Shown piece by piece: positions 1 through 9,399 of a stretch of 46,932 nt of DNA. The position numbers and the translations under genes are program-made. Source of the stretch: an uncultured Candidatus Peribacteria bacterium (GTDB lineage Bacteria; Patescibacteriota; Gracilibacteria; BD1-5; JAGOOR01); the NCBI GenBank assembly GCA_964603225.1, contig CAZRUI010000001.1, positions 1 through 46,932 of the forward strand. The letters run 5' to 3'. How positions within the stretch are numbered: the first letter of the stretch is position 1; every line of letters begins with the position of its first letter. A model generated the notes under the pieces. The model saw nothing but the letters and a program-made list of their open reading frames with translations. It was not told the DNA's origin and did no database searches.

Positions 1-329
1 AACGCACGAGCAACCCAGAGTAGCACCCCGGGGCACGACCGGCGAGGCGCTATCCCGATCCCCGCCCGTCAGCGTACGCGCGTCACGATCCGGGCACCAT
101 GCGAGTGCGCAGATCGTACTCCATAGGGAACCATAGCGCATGCCTGTGTACGGTCTCCCGCCATCAACGCGGGGCCGGCCGGCTGCATGACTGCGCAACG
201 TGCAACCGTCCGGCTCAGCCGCCCCCTGGCGACCGGCCGGCAGGACCGCACCGCCAGCATGCCGGATGGGAGGTCTGAGCCATTCGATTCTCCGGCAACA
301 TCCGGTATGCTTCGTCCATAGACCGGCCT

Positions 330-1580
330 GTGCTCGCCATCGTCGGCTTGGGATACGTCGGTTTGCCCCTCGCGCATGCGTTGGCGTCTAAGGGTTACCG
401 CACGGTCGGCTTCGATAGTAGTGCCGACCGCATCGCGGATCTGAGAGATGGGCGAGACCGGACGGAGGAGCTCACACCGGAGCAGCTCAAGGGCAGCACC
501 ATCGAATTTACGGATGATCCCGCAGTCTTGAAGCAGGCGGATATCCTCATCCTAGCGCTGCCCACCCCGGTGGACCACAAGAACGTGCCTGACCTCACGC
601 TGCTAGCCGCCGCTTCCCAGACCGTAGGGCGGAACCTGAAGAAGGGCGCGATCGTGGTCTACGAGTCCACCGTCTACCCCGGCGTCACGGAGGAGTTCTG
701 CGGCCCTATCCTTGAGCGGGAATCTGGCCTGACGTGCGGGAAGGACTTCACACTGGGCTACTCCCCGGAACGCATCAACCCCGGCGACAAGCAGCACACT
801 GTCACCAAGATCACCAAGATCGTGGCCGGGCAGGACGCCGCCACGCTGGATACGCTTGCGGACCTCTACGGATCAATGATCGAAGCCGGCATCCACCGCG
901 CGCCATCCATCAAGGTGGCGGAGATGGCCAAGGCGATCGAGAACGCTCAGCGAGACCTCAACATCGCCTTCATGAACGAGATCGCGCTCCTGTGCCACCG
1001 CCTGGAGATCCGCACCCGGGACGTGCTGGACGCCGCCCGGACTAAGTGGAACTTCTTGCCGTTCACACCGGGCCTAGTGGGCGGCCACTGCATTGGCGTG
1101 GATCCGTACTACTTGGTGGAGAAAGCTCGGCTGCTGGGGATGCCGACGCACGTCATAACCGCCGGCCGGGCGCTGAACGATTCTATGGCCCAAAAGGTGG
1201 CGGACCAGGTGGCGGAGTCGCTGGGATCGCAGGACGCCCGGGTGCTGGTGTTGGGCCTCACGTTCAAGGAGAACGTACCGGACACACGCAACAGTAAGTC
1301 TCGGGACGTGGTGAACACGCTCCTCAAGCACGGCTACACGGTGGAAGTGCACGATCCGTTCGCGGACGCGGCGGAGCTTAGGCGGCAGAATTTGGCAGGA
1401 GGATCGCTTCAGGTGGACACGTATGACGCAGTGGTACTCCTGGTCCCGCATAAGGCCTACCTGGACGCCCTGCCGGACGTGGTGGGCGCCGTGAAGGCCG
1501 GCGGCCTGGTGTACGATCTCAAATCCGTCTTGGATCCGGCTGCCATCACCGCCTCCGGCCGCACGTATCTGGCGCTGTGA
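330..1580 (+). CDS. Nucleotide-sugar 6-dehydrogenase (UDP-glucose/GDP-mannose dehydrogenase family, TviB/WbpO-like UDP-HexNAc dehydrogenase)
   Basis: 416-aa ORF with GTG start. Rossmann motif IVGLGYVGLPLA, catalytic-Cys motif GGHCIGVDPYYL, C-terminal domain LGLTFKENVPDTRNS. Confidence 0.85.
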   Translation: MLAIVGLGYVGLPLAHALASKGYRTVGFDSSADRIADLRDGRDRTEELTPEQLKGSTIEFTDDPAVLKQADILILALPTPVDHKNVPDLTLLAAASQTVGRNLKKGAIVVYESTVYPGVTEEFCGPILERESGLTCGKDFTLGYSPERINPGDKQHTVTKITKIVAGQDAATLDTLADLYGSMIEAGIHRAPSIKVAEMAKAIENAQRDLNIAFMNEIALLCHRLEIRTRDVLDAARTKWNFLPFTPGLVGGHCIGVDPYYLVEKARLLGMPTHVITAGRALNDSMAQKVADQVAESLGSQDARVLVLGLTFKENVPDTRNSKSRDVVNTLLKHGYTVEVHDPFADAAELRRQNLAGGSLQVDTYDAVVLLVPHKAYLDALPDVVGAVKAGGLVYDLKSVLDPAAITASGRTYLAL

Positions 1581-1608
1581 CGGAAGAGCCACACGAGCGA
1601 GCTGGTTC

Positions 1609-3144
1609 CTATCGCTCCTCCAGCAGCACGCGCTGCCCCAGCCGAGAAGGGATCCACGCTTCCCGCTGAATGTACGATCCCATGCCGTACTCCGCCTGGA
1701 CCGCTTTGGCATCTGCCGGATCCGGTCGAACATCCACGATGGTCAGGCCGCTGGCCACAGCTACCTCCGTCACCCGCTTCTCCGCCTCCTCGCTCATGAG
1801 GAAGAAGTACGTGCCCTGGAAGTCTGTCTGTACGTTGCGCCGTAGCGCGTACTGACACCGATGGGAACAGGAATCCGGCGAGAGAGCCTGCGTGAGACGC
1901 GCGGAATAGGTGCTGAACGGCAGGGAAATCTGGCTCACGCGGGAGAGAACGATGAACTGCGGATGGGAGTAGCGTTCCCGGAGCTCCGTGAGCGCCCGGT
2001 TGTAGGTGGTGGGAAGAGCAAGGCTGACGGACGCCACCAGGGCGGCGTACACAGATACGGCGGCGATGGCACGCAAGCCCGCCGTCAGCCATGCAGTACC
2101 AGGGAATTCCAGGGATAAGAATAGAGCGGCGGCCAAGATGTGCACCGGAATGAGGTAACGCAGGTAGCCCAGAATGTCGGCGGAATAGAACATGCCACTC
2201 ACAGCCAGCACGTAGAGCCCGCAGCCGGTGATGGAGAACCAGAAGGCGGCGCGGTCACGCACACGCGCACGCGCGAGCATGGCCAGCACCCCCACGCCGA
2301 GGGTAGGCGCGGATGTGAGGAGAATCTTCTGCAGATATGCCCATAACGTGGTTGCATACAGCCACGCCACCGTCCCCGCACCTCCGCTCTTGGGCGCGGC
2401 CTTCTCCACCTGGGAGTACACGTATACCGTGAAGATCTCCCGCACCTGACCCGCAATGCTCTCCGCATTGAGAAGCATGATGCCCGCAGGGAAGAGCAGA
2501 CCTACGGCCAGAAGGGCCCGGATCGTCCATCGGTCATGCCGCTGGCGGTAGAGACCCGTGATGAGCGCCTGCAGCCAGAAGATGCCCATGACGGGAAAGT
2601 TAGCGAACGCAATGCCGGCGTACGCGACGGCACGCACGGGGCGCCGCTCCAGGTGCGTCACGGCAAGCAGCAGGAAGAATGCGCACGTCATCCACATCTT
2701 GCCGGAGTGCATAAATGTGATGAGTACCAGGTTGGAAAAGCCGATGAGGACGAGCTCTGTACCGTAGGCGGCGGATCGCGCGTAGCGCAGAGCCGCGGCG
2801 ACCATGAGGAGGAAGAGCGTCAAGCTGAGCACGCGCGGCGCCACGTACGCCAGGAACGGATAGCGCATGATCACGTCGATCAGCTGCTCACCGCTCTGCA
2901 GGCCGTACAGCCACGCCAGGCCTAGCATCGCCATTTGCAGAGGGAGCGTGAAGTAGAACGTCACCGTGCCGTACGGCACGTTGTGCGGGAGCGGCCACAG
3001 GCTCTGCAACGCGTACAGCGGCCCGTAGGCGTAGTACATCTCATCGGCAAAGACGTCCATCAGCGGGAACCCGTGCCACAGCCCCGTGACGCCGAGCACC
3101 GCGAACAGACAGAGGACGGCCGCCGCCAAAGAAACGCGCTTCAC
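1609..3144 (-). CDS. Large polytopic membrane protein, GT-C-like glycosyltransferase (putative)
   Basis: 511-aa ORF with GTG start. Many hydrophobic spans followed by a roughly 150-aa soluble C-terminal domain. First-loop acidic motif FADEMYYAYGP resembles the DE motif of ArnT/PMT-type GT-C enzymes. Family assignment is inference. Confidence 0.6.
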   Translation of the reverse strand: MKRVSLAAAVLCLFAVLGVTGLWHGFPLMDVFADEMYYAYGPLYALQSLWPLPHNVPYGTVTFYFTLPLQMAMLGLAWLYGLQSGEQLIDVIMRYPFLAYVAPRVLSLTLFLLMVAAALRYARSAAYGTELVLIGFSNLVLITFMHSGKMWMTCAFFLLLAVTHLERRPVRAVAYAGIAFANFPVMGIFWLQALITGLYRQRHDRWTIRALLAVGLLFPAGIMLLNAESIAGQVREIFTVYVYSQVEKAAPKSGGAGTVAWLYATTLWAYLQKILLTSAPTLGVGVLAMLARARVRDRAAFWFSITGCGLYVLAVSGMFYSADILGYLRYLIPVHILAAALFLSLEFPGTAWLTAGLRAIAAVSVYAALVASVSLALPTTYNRALTELRERYSHPQFIVLSRVSQISLPFSTYSARLTQALSPDSCSHRCQYALRRNVQTDFQGTYFFLMSEEAEKRVTEVAVASGLTIVDVRPDPADAKAVQAEYGMGSYIQREAWIPSRLGQRVLLEER

Positions 3145-3249
3145 GACCGCGCCATACTACTGGGGGAGAAGGCCAGCGCCAAGCATGACGGACAGACCAA
3201 AGTCAGGTACCGGTCGCAAAATCCCTTGTCCCGCCGCATGATGGTCCCG

Positions 3250-3255
3250 TAGCGT
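3250..3255 (+). promoter_or_regulatory. -10-like box (TAGCGT), 6 nt upstream of ATG 3262 (leaderless candidate)
   Basis: TAnnnT hexamer with the fixed 6-8 nt spacing seen repeatedly in this window. Confidence 0.4.
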
Positions 3256-3261
3256 AAGCCA

Positions 3262-5031
3262 ATGCTGAGAAACGCCCTGCGCCAATGGAACACCGCGGAG
3301 AAGTGGTCGCTCATCCTGCTCGCCGTCACCCTGATCAAAGGAATGACGAACCTGCTCCGGCTGGCCTGGATCTACCTGGCATACCAACCGATCAACTGGG
3401 ACACCATGGTGTACCTGAGCATCGGACGGGGGATCCTGAACGGCCTAAAGCCCTACACCGGCCTCTACGAGATGAAGCCTCCAGGGATTTTTCTCATCTC
3501 CGCACTGAGCCTGGCCGTGACGGATAACGAGGTATTCGGCCTGATCCTGCAATGGGTGACGCACCTCCTGCTACCGCTCCTCTGCGGCTGGACCGCCTGG
3601 AAACTGGCACGGAATGAGGAGAAGCAGGAGCGCGCGCTCATCGTTCTCACCGCTCTCGCGTTCGGCCTGATCATCTCATTGTACGCGGAGTACCGTGGCA
3701 TGGCGTTCCAGTCAGAGGGGTTTGGGTTCTTCTTTGCGCTCCTCTACGTACTGGCCATCGCCCAGCGCGGGCGCATGACCGCCTTGAGTACCATCATCGC
3801 CGTGATAGGGATCGTCGGCTCCGTGGGCATGAAGGAACCGTTCCTCCTGTCCGCTGCTGCGAGCGCGCTCGTACTGCGTGATGCGGATAAGCCGTTCTGG
3901 CGCACGTTCGGCGTTCCCGCTGCCGCAGCTGTCGTCATGGGGTTCATCCTGCTGGTGGTCCTGGGTTATACGGACGGATACCTGACGGTCCACCTGCCAT
4001 TCATCTTTTCCTCCCGCTTGGCGGAGGGCGTGCCGCTCCCTGTGCGCGGTATGGCGATCGGCCACGTCCTGATGGACACCGCCATCCCGCCCCTCCCCCT
4101 GTTCAGCCTCTTCATTGGCTTCCTGTTCTACCGCTTCCTGCGGGGTCCCGACCGATCTGCCAGGGACGACCGTCGCCTGCTGGCCAGCTTTGCGGCGAGC
4201 GTGATCCTCAGCACGCTCCTGTGGTTCACACTGGAAGGCGCGGAACTAGTCACACGCCTGGAGTGGACTAACGTCAACATCATTCGCCATAGCGTGCGCG
4301 GCGCGCTGGGGATCACACAGGAGTGGACAATGTGGAAATGGACCGTCGTGGTCCTCCTCATCCTAGGCTTCATGGGAACGCTCCGTGCCTCCCCCCGCGG
4401 CTCCCGCCCAGTCCTGCTCCGCCTACTTGGCGCCTTGTACCTGGTAACACTGGCAGTGGCCCTGGGCGGGTTCTTCGGCTCGCACATGCTGTTCGCTCTG
4501 CCGCTATACTGCGCCTTGTTCTTCCACTTCCTAGCGCACCTGCCTGCAAACCGCCAAGCCAGCGGTGCGCTATTCCCTTGCGGGCTGCTCTTACTGGGGA
4601 CCGTGCTGTTCTCCTTTCAAGCCGATCACGAACGTATCTTGCGGTCGGAGGAGCAGTACAACGCGCGGGTCAATGCCATCCTCGCCGAGCACTTTGATGA
4701 CATCATGCGCGACTGCACAATCAAACGGTACTTCATCGTAGGCGACGCCGCACTTCTTTCTGCCCACACGCACTACTCGCCCATCGGCCCGCTCGTCTTC
4801 CAACTGCCCTTCATGGCCGACGATCATCCGATGCTCATGGACTACTACCAGCGCGGCCTGGACACCGCTCAGCTCGCCGTGGTCACGGCCGGTGCCCGCA
4901 ACCGCGACCTTATGCTCTACCTTCTGCAGGAATCCGGCTTCACAGCTGCGGTACCCCCCTGCGCTCAGCCCTATCCCGAGCCCCTAGGCCGGTATATGCT
5001 GTACTTCCGCCTCCCGGCCGTCACCCCGTAG
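3262..5031 (+). CDS. Polytopic membrane glycosyltransferase, ArnT/PMT_2-like (GT-C) (putative)
   Basis: 589 aa, multi-pass. N-terminal region INWDTMVYLSIGRGILNG..YEMKPPGIF resembles the ArnT/GT39-83 loop motif. Soluble C-terminal domain. TAGCGT sits 6 nt upstream of the ATG. Confidence 0.65.
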   Translation: MLRNALRQWNTAEKWSLILLAVTLIKGMTNLLRLAWIYLAYQPINWDTMVYLSIGRGILNGLKPYTGLYEMKPPGIFLISALSLAVTDNEVFGLILQWVTHLLLPLLCGWTAWKLARNEEKQERALIVLTALAFGLIISLYAEYRGMAFQSEGFGFFFALLYVLAIAQRGRMTALSTIIAVIGIVGSVGMKEPFLLSAAASALVLRDADKPFWRTFGVPAAAAVVMGFILLVVLGYTDGYLTVHLPFIFSSRLAEGVPLPVRGMAIGHVLMDTAIPPLPLFSLFIGFLFYRFLRGPDRSARDDRRLLASFAASVILSTLLWFTLEGAELVTRLEWTNVNIIRHSVRGALGITQEWTMWKWTVVVLLILGFMGTLRASPRGSRPVLLRLLGALYLVTLAVALGGFFGSHMLFALPLYCALFFHFLAHLPANRQASGALFPCGLLLLGTVLFSFQADHERILRSEEQYNARVNAILAEHFDDIMRDCTIKRYFIVGDAALLSAHTHYSPIGPLVFQLPFMADDHPMLMDYYQRGLDTAQLAVVTAGARNRDLMLYLLQESGFTAAVPPCAQPYPEPLGRYMLYFRLPAVTP

Positions 5032-5752
5032 GGCGTGGAGCGCTATGCGTGTACTTCCAGCGGATGCGCAGCACAGACAGGAACGCTTCTTTGATCTCGT
5101 GGAACGACAGGTTGGAGATCCCCCGCCGCCGGTTCACGAACACGGTGGGCACCTCAGCGATACGCATGCCACGCAGGAACAGCTGGTACGAAACCTCGGA
5201 AAGCACCACGTAGCCCCTCGCCTCGATCGCCGCCATGTCCAGCTGTTCGATCGCCCTCCGGCGATAGCACCGGTAGCCGTTGGTGTAGTCCGTGATGGGA
5301 ATACCCAGCACCAGACGGGCGTACCGGTTGGCCCAGCGGGAGAAGAACGTCCGCTTGAATCCCCACTCGTGGATCTGGCTCCCGGGCAGGTAGCGCGAAC
5401 CTACGACCATATCGCATGTCCGGATCTTCTCCAGAAACTGCGGGATCTCCCGGGGATCATGGGAGAAATCCGCGTCCATCTCAAAGACGACCGGGTAGCC
5501 GCGTTTAAGCGCCCAGAGGAAGCCAGCTAGCACTGCGGATCCCCGCCCGCCCTTTCCCTGCCGCTCCATGAGGTGCACGCGGTCCGGATGCTTCCCCTGC
5601 ACTTCCTTCACCGCTGCCGCCGTGCCGTCCGGCGAGCTGTCATCCACCACCAGCACATCCAAATCCAATTCCAGTCCCACGATCCGCTCAATGAGACTGG
5701 GAAGATTCTCCCGCTCGTTGAAGGAAGGAATGATGATCAGGGCGGATCCCAT
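5021..5752 (-). CDS. Polyprenol-phosphate mannosyl/glycosyl transferase (GT2, Dpm1/Ppm1-like)
   Basis: 243 aa. Motifs IIIPSFNERENL, LVVDDSSPDGT, EMDADFSHDP, VVGSRY. TACACT sits 8 nt upstream of the ATG. 11-nt convergent overlap with 3262..5031. Confidence 0.85.
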   Translation of the reverse strand: MGSALIIIPSFNERENLPSLIERIVGLELDLDVLVVDDSSPDGTAAAVKEVQGKHPDRVHLMERQGKGGRGSAVLAGFLWALKRGYPVVFEMDADFSHDPREIPQFLEKIRTCDMVVGSRYLPGSQIHEWGFKRTFFSRWANRYARLVLGIPITDYTNGYRCYRRRAIEQLDMAAIEARGYVVLSEVSYQLFLRGMRIAEVPTVFVNRRRGISNLSFHEIKEAFLSVLRIRWKYTHSAPRPTG

Positions 5753-5760
5753 GCCTGTGA

Positions 5761-5766
5761 AGTGTA
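5761..5766 (-). promoter_or_regulatory. -10 box TACACT, 8 nt upstream of ATG 5752
   Basis: Reverse complement of agtgta at 5761-5766. No SD-like purine run in the 8-nt spacer. Confidence 0.5.
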
Positions 5767-5797
5767 CTGGAACACCGCGGTTTTGCGAGCACGACCC

Positions 5798-6721
5798 TCA
5801 TGCGGCGTTCTCCCGCCACCACTCCGCCGTCCGCCGCAAGCCCTCCGCCAGGGGCGTCCATCGCATGTCCGCCAATGCTGGGTGACGCGTATCCGGAGCG
5901 AACACGAGCGACGCTGAGGGCTTTGCTGGATCGAACGCCAGTTCCAATCCCGGCTGGTTCAGGTCCACAATCATCCGCGCCAGCTCCGCCATGGTCGTCT
6001 TGCCATCCGGCACAAGGAGCTGGATGCCGGTCGCATCAGCGACCAGGAGCCGGAAGACCGCCTCCACGGCATCTTCCACAAAGAGGAACTGCCGCACGGC
6101 CGTGCCGTCTCCCCACACGGATAGGGATCCTCTGGCTGCCGCCGACCGGACCATGAGCGCCGGAATCACGTTGCCGTCCTCCGCAAACCGGTCCCGGGGA
6201 CCGTAGACCCCCACCGGCCGGGGGATGAGGAGCGGCAAGCCGAATTCATGGGACGCGGCGATCCACTGCGCTTCACAGAGCGCCTTGCCAAGGCCATACC
6301 CGTCGATCGCCTCCGCCGACGCAAGCGCGGAGAGATCTATGACCGACGGCGCCAGGGCCGTGCTCATGCACACGGTCCAGAGAGGGTACGATTGGGCGGC
6401 GCCGGCCAGCGCCAGCGTCATCTCCAGATTCCGCGCCAGGACCGTGGCGGGCTCCGCCCGGTGAAGAGCCACGTTCTTCCGGTAGGAAGCCAGGTGGAAG
6501 AGGAGATCCGCACCGTCAATCAGCGACTCGCAAAACGCGCTATCCGACAGATCGCCCATGCGCCAGTCAATGCGGTGCGCAACGTGCTCCAGAAACCCGT
6601 GGTCCGCGCGCCGGGTGGGCACGCGTACGGATGCGCCCTCTTTCAGGAGGCGCTCCACCATGAAGCTGCCGATGAATCCCGTGCCCCCCGTCACCACCGC
6701 CGTCGTCCCCTGCCAGTTCAT
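5798..6721 (-). CDS. NAD(P)-dependent epimerase/dehydratase (extended SDR); candidate GDP-4-keto-(3,)6-deoxyhexose reductase/epimerase
   Basis: ORF track 5798..6757. Start moved to ATG 6721 ([19 protein letters not shown]), which forms an ATGA overlap with the gmd stop. Motifs TGGTGFIG and YGLGK (YxxxK). Substrate is inferred from neighbours only. Confidence 0.75.
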   Translation of the reverse strand: MNWQGTTAVVTGGTGFIGSFMVERLLKEGASVRVPTRRADHGFLEHVAHRIDWRMGDLSDSAFCESLIDGADLLFHLASYRKNVALHRAEPATVLARNLEMTLALAGAAQSYPLWTVCMSTALAPSVIDLSALASAEAIDGYGLGKALCEAQWIAASHEFGLPLLIPRPVGVYGPRDRFAEDGNVIPALMVRSAAARGSLSVWGDGTAVRQFLFVEDAVEAVFRLLVADATGIQLLVPDGKTTMAELARMIVDLNQPGLELAFDPAKPSASLVFAPDTRHPALADMRWTPLAEGLRRTAEWWRENAA

Positions 6722-7767
6722 ACCAGGGACGGGACCTGCACGTGCTCCCGCTGGCAATCCGCTCTCACCATGAGCTTGGCCAGCTCGCTGAGGCGCGTCT
6801 TAGCCTCCCAGCCCAGTTCCCGCTTGGCCTTGGACGGGTCCCCCACCAGCAGGTCCACTTCCGCCGGCCGGTAGTACTGAGAGTCGATCGCCACAATGGT
6901 CCGGCCCGTCCGGGTATCCACGTACCGCTCAGAGAGGCCTGTGTCATCGCGTTCGTAGGGAAGATTGATCTCCTCCAGACAGAGCTCCAGGAACTCCCGC
7001 ACCGTGGCCGTGGTGCCGGTAGCCAGCACGTAGTCATCCGCGCGGTCCTGCTGCAGCATGCGCCACATCCCCTCTACATACTCCGGCGCGTAGCCCCAGT
7101 CCCGGCGGGCGTCTAGGTTCCCCAGGTACAGGCAGTGCTGCTCGCCGGCCAGGATGCGGGCAAGGGAGAGGGTGATCTTGCGCGTCACAAAGTTCTCTCC
7201 CCGCCGCGGTGACTCATGGTTGAACAGGATCCCGTTCACGGCGAACATGCCGTAGGCCTCGCGGTAGTTCCGCGTCAGGTAGAACGCGTAGGCCTTGGCG
7301 CAGGCGTAAGGGCTGCGCGGATAGAAGGGCGTGGCCTCCGTCTGCGGCGTCTCCACCACTTTTCCGTAGAGTTCGCTGGAACTGGCCTGGTAAAACCGCG
7401 CCGGCATCCCGCTCGCGCGCAGGGCTTCCAGCAGCCGCCCTGCCCCCAGCCCCGTCACGCTGCCGGTGTAGTCCGGAATGTCAAAGCTGATGCCCACGTG
7501 GCTCTGTGCCGCCAGGTTATAGACCTCGTCCGGGCGCACCTGCATGAGGATGGAGAGCAGCGAGCTGGAATCCTCCAGATCCCCGTAGTGGAGCCTGAGC
7601 GGCAACCTGGTCTCATGCAGGCCCTGGAACAGGTGTTCAATCCGCCCGCGGTTGAAGCTGGAGGACCGCCGCACCAGGCCGTGCACCTCATAGCCCTTCT
7701 GGAGCAGCAGTTCCGCTAAATAGGAACCATCCTGGCCGGTGATACCGGTAATCAGGGCCTTCTTCAC
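6718..7767 (-). CDS. gmd: GDP-mannose 4,6-dehydratase
   Basis: ORF track 6718..7896. Start moved to GTG 7767 ([22 protein letters not shown]), which has TATCCT 7 nt upstream; the 43-codon extension runs into the CCTTT repeat. Gmd-type motifs throughout ([32 protein letters not shown]). Confidence 0.9.
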   Translation of the reverse strand: MKKALITGITGQDGSYLAELLLQKGYEVHGLVRRSSSFNRGRIEHLFQGLHETRLPLRLHYGDLEDSSSLLSILMQVRPDEVYNLAAQSHVGISFDIPDYTGSVTGLGAGRLLEALRASGMPARFYQASSSELYGKVVETPQTEATPFYPRSPYACAKAYAFYLTRNYREAYGMFAVNGILFNHESPRRGENFVTRKITLSLARILAGEQHCLYLGNLDARRDWGYAPEYVEGMWRMLQQDRADDYVLATGTTATVREFLELCLEEINLPYERDDTGLSERYVDTRTGRTIVAIDSQYYRPAEVDLLVGDPSKAKRELGWEAKTRLSELAKLMVRADCQREHVQVPSLV

Positions 7768-7774
7768 GGAGAAG

Positions 7775-7780
7775 AGGATA
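7775..7780 (-). promoter_or_regulatory. -10 box TATCCT, 7 nt upstream of GTG 7767 (gmd)
   Basis: Reverse complement of aggata. The same hexamer recurs at 11849, 38762 and 42606. Confidence 0.5.
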
Positions 7781-7818
7781 ACAGGGCTTCCAGCGTAACG
7801 GAATACAGACTTGGCGAT

Positions 7819-7936
7819 CCAAGGGTGAAAAAGGCGACAAGGGCGGAAGTGAAAAAAGGAAAGGCAAACCGTTGTCACCCTTTCGACCCCTTTCACCCTT
7901 TTTACCTTTTTAGCCCTTTCGATCCTTTTTACCTTC
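7819..7936. repeat. Imperfect inverted repeat built from AAAGGG/CCCTTT-type 9-10 nt tandem units
   Basis: Left arm 7821-7865 (aagggtgaaaaaggcgacaagggcgg..), right arm 7877-7935 (accctttcgacccctttcaccctttttacc..). Fills the spacer between the stop at 7939 and the gmd -10 box. Confidence 0.7.
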
Positions 7937-7938
7937 CA

Positions 7939-9381
7939 CTATCGCCACTTCAGCTTCCTCGCTCCGTGGAAGAACATCCTCATCAGCAGCCACGCGTGGT
8001 GGAAGCGGCGGATCTTTGTCACCCCGTACGTCCGTTCCAGGTAGCGGACCGGCACCTCCCGCATCTTGAGCTGCTGCTCCGCCGCCCCTAGGAAGAAATC
8101 GAAGTCCCCAAAGGGATCCATCCGCGAATCCATCCGCCGGTAGTCCGCGCGGAAGAAGGCTTTGACCGGAGAGAGGGTGTCCACCAGCTTCTGGCTGAAG
8201 AGCCAGGAGAAGATGAGGCTGAAGGTCTTGTTGCCGAGCAGATTGAGGAAGCGCATCGCGCCCTGTTCCAGGGGATACACGAGCCGCGAAGCGTTCACCA
8301 TCTCCCCCTTGCCGGTCTCCAGGACGTCGATGAGCTTGGGCAGTTCGCTCGGGTGGACGGTAAAGTCCCCGTCATAGATCACAATGATGTCCCCCGCGGA
8401 CGCTGCCGCCCCGCAGTGGAGCGCGTCCGCCTTGCCGCGCCCCGGCTGCTTGATCCCGCGCACGGTGAGGCCGGGCCAGCTGAGGGCGCTCACGCGCTCA
8501 ATCTCCTCCCACGTGCCGTCGGACGAATGCCCTTCCACAAAGAGGAGCTCGGTCCTCAGGCCCATCTTGGGCATGGCCTTGGCAATCGGTTCGATGTTCC
8601 CGCGCTCGTTCCGCACGGCGGAGAGCACCGTCACCGTCTTAGAAGCGCGGCCCGTCGGCCGCGGCCGCGCGATGATCGTCTTCACCAGGCAGAGCGACCG
8701 GAAGAGCGGCAGGCTGGCCAGCACGCGGTTGCAGAAGGGCTCGATGAGAGGGATCCCCACCGGCAGCAGCACGCGACCGCCGGTCTGCACCGGCTCGAAT
8801 CCCGTGAGATCCAGGAGATTCACGATGTCCGCCCGGGAGAGCCAGTTCTGCTCCGGGAACCGCGTCTTGTATCCCAACGTCTCCCCCAGCCAGAAGAGCG
8901 GCTGCCACAGGAAGTTGTAGTGCGTGATCACCAGCCGCGTCCGGTTGTGACAGAGGCGGGCGTGGATCTGCTCCAGCGCCGCCTGCACGTCGCTCAGGTA
9001 GTTGATGGTGTCCAGGAGGAGGACGTAGTCGTACGTTCCTTGATGTTCCAGCCTCTCCGCGTCGTCCACCCGGTAGTCGGTCAATGGATCGGCCTTGCGA
9101 GCGCACTGGATCATTTCCGGCGAGAAGTCGAGTCCCACCTTCTTCATGTTCGGCAACGGCGCCAATGCCAGGCCCGTCCCGCAGCCAACCTCAATGACGC
9201 TCATCTCCGGCCGGATGAGCTGCCTGAGCCACCGGTCGCGATCGCGGTAGTACGTCCGGTGCCGTCTGGCATCCCGGGCGCGGTGAGCGGCCAATTGGTC
9301 GAAGTACTGGCGGCGCGCCGCCTCGCGTGAGGGGCCGGCGGCATCCAGGGAGAGGGAGCCCGTCGTCATAGTCGAATACAC
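7939..9381 (-). CDS. Fusion protein: class I SAM-dependent methyltransferase (N-terminal) plus GT2 glycosyltransferase (C-terminal)
   Basis: 480 aa. N-terminal half has VIEVGCGTGLALAPL and YDYVLLLDTINYL. C-terminal half has VTVLSAVRNERGNI, LFVEGHSSDGT and IIVIYDGDF (DxD). Start is GTG 9381 or ATG 9369. Confidence 0.8.
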   Translation of the reverse strand: MYSTMTTGSLSLDAAGPSREAARRQYFDQLAAHRARDARRHRTYYRDRDRWLRQLIRPEMSVIEVGCGTGLALAPLPNMKKVGLDFSPEMIQCARKADPLTDYRVDDAERLEHQGTYDYVLLLDTINYLSDVQAALEQIHARLCHNRTRLVITHYNFLWQPLFWLGETLGYKTRFPEQNWLSRADIVNLLDLTGFEPVQTGGRVLLPVGIPLIEPFCNRVLASLPLFRSLCLVKTIIARPRPTGRASKTVTVLSAVRNERGNIEPIAKAMPKMGLRTELLFVEGHSSDGTWEEIERVSALSWPGLTVRGIKQPGRGKADALHCGAAASAGDIIVIYDGDFTVHPSELPKLIDVLETGKGEMVNASRLVYPLEQGAMRFLNLLGNKTFSLIFSWLFSQKLVDTLSPVKAFFRADYRRMDSRMDPFGDFDFFLGAAEQQLKMREVPVRYLERTYGVTKIRRFHHAWLLMRMFFHGARKLKWR

Positions 9382-9399
9382 AGGGAGCTGGAAGACCGG

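Noticed and set aside
69-377. ORFs in the first 329 nt (69..377 minus, 200..391 plus) or a partial gene at the left edge
   Set aside because: The translations look non-protein-like, and the three forward frames I read hit stops within about 125 nt. No supported feature is called for 1..329.
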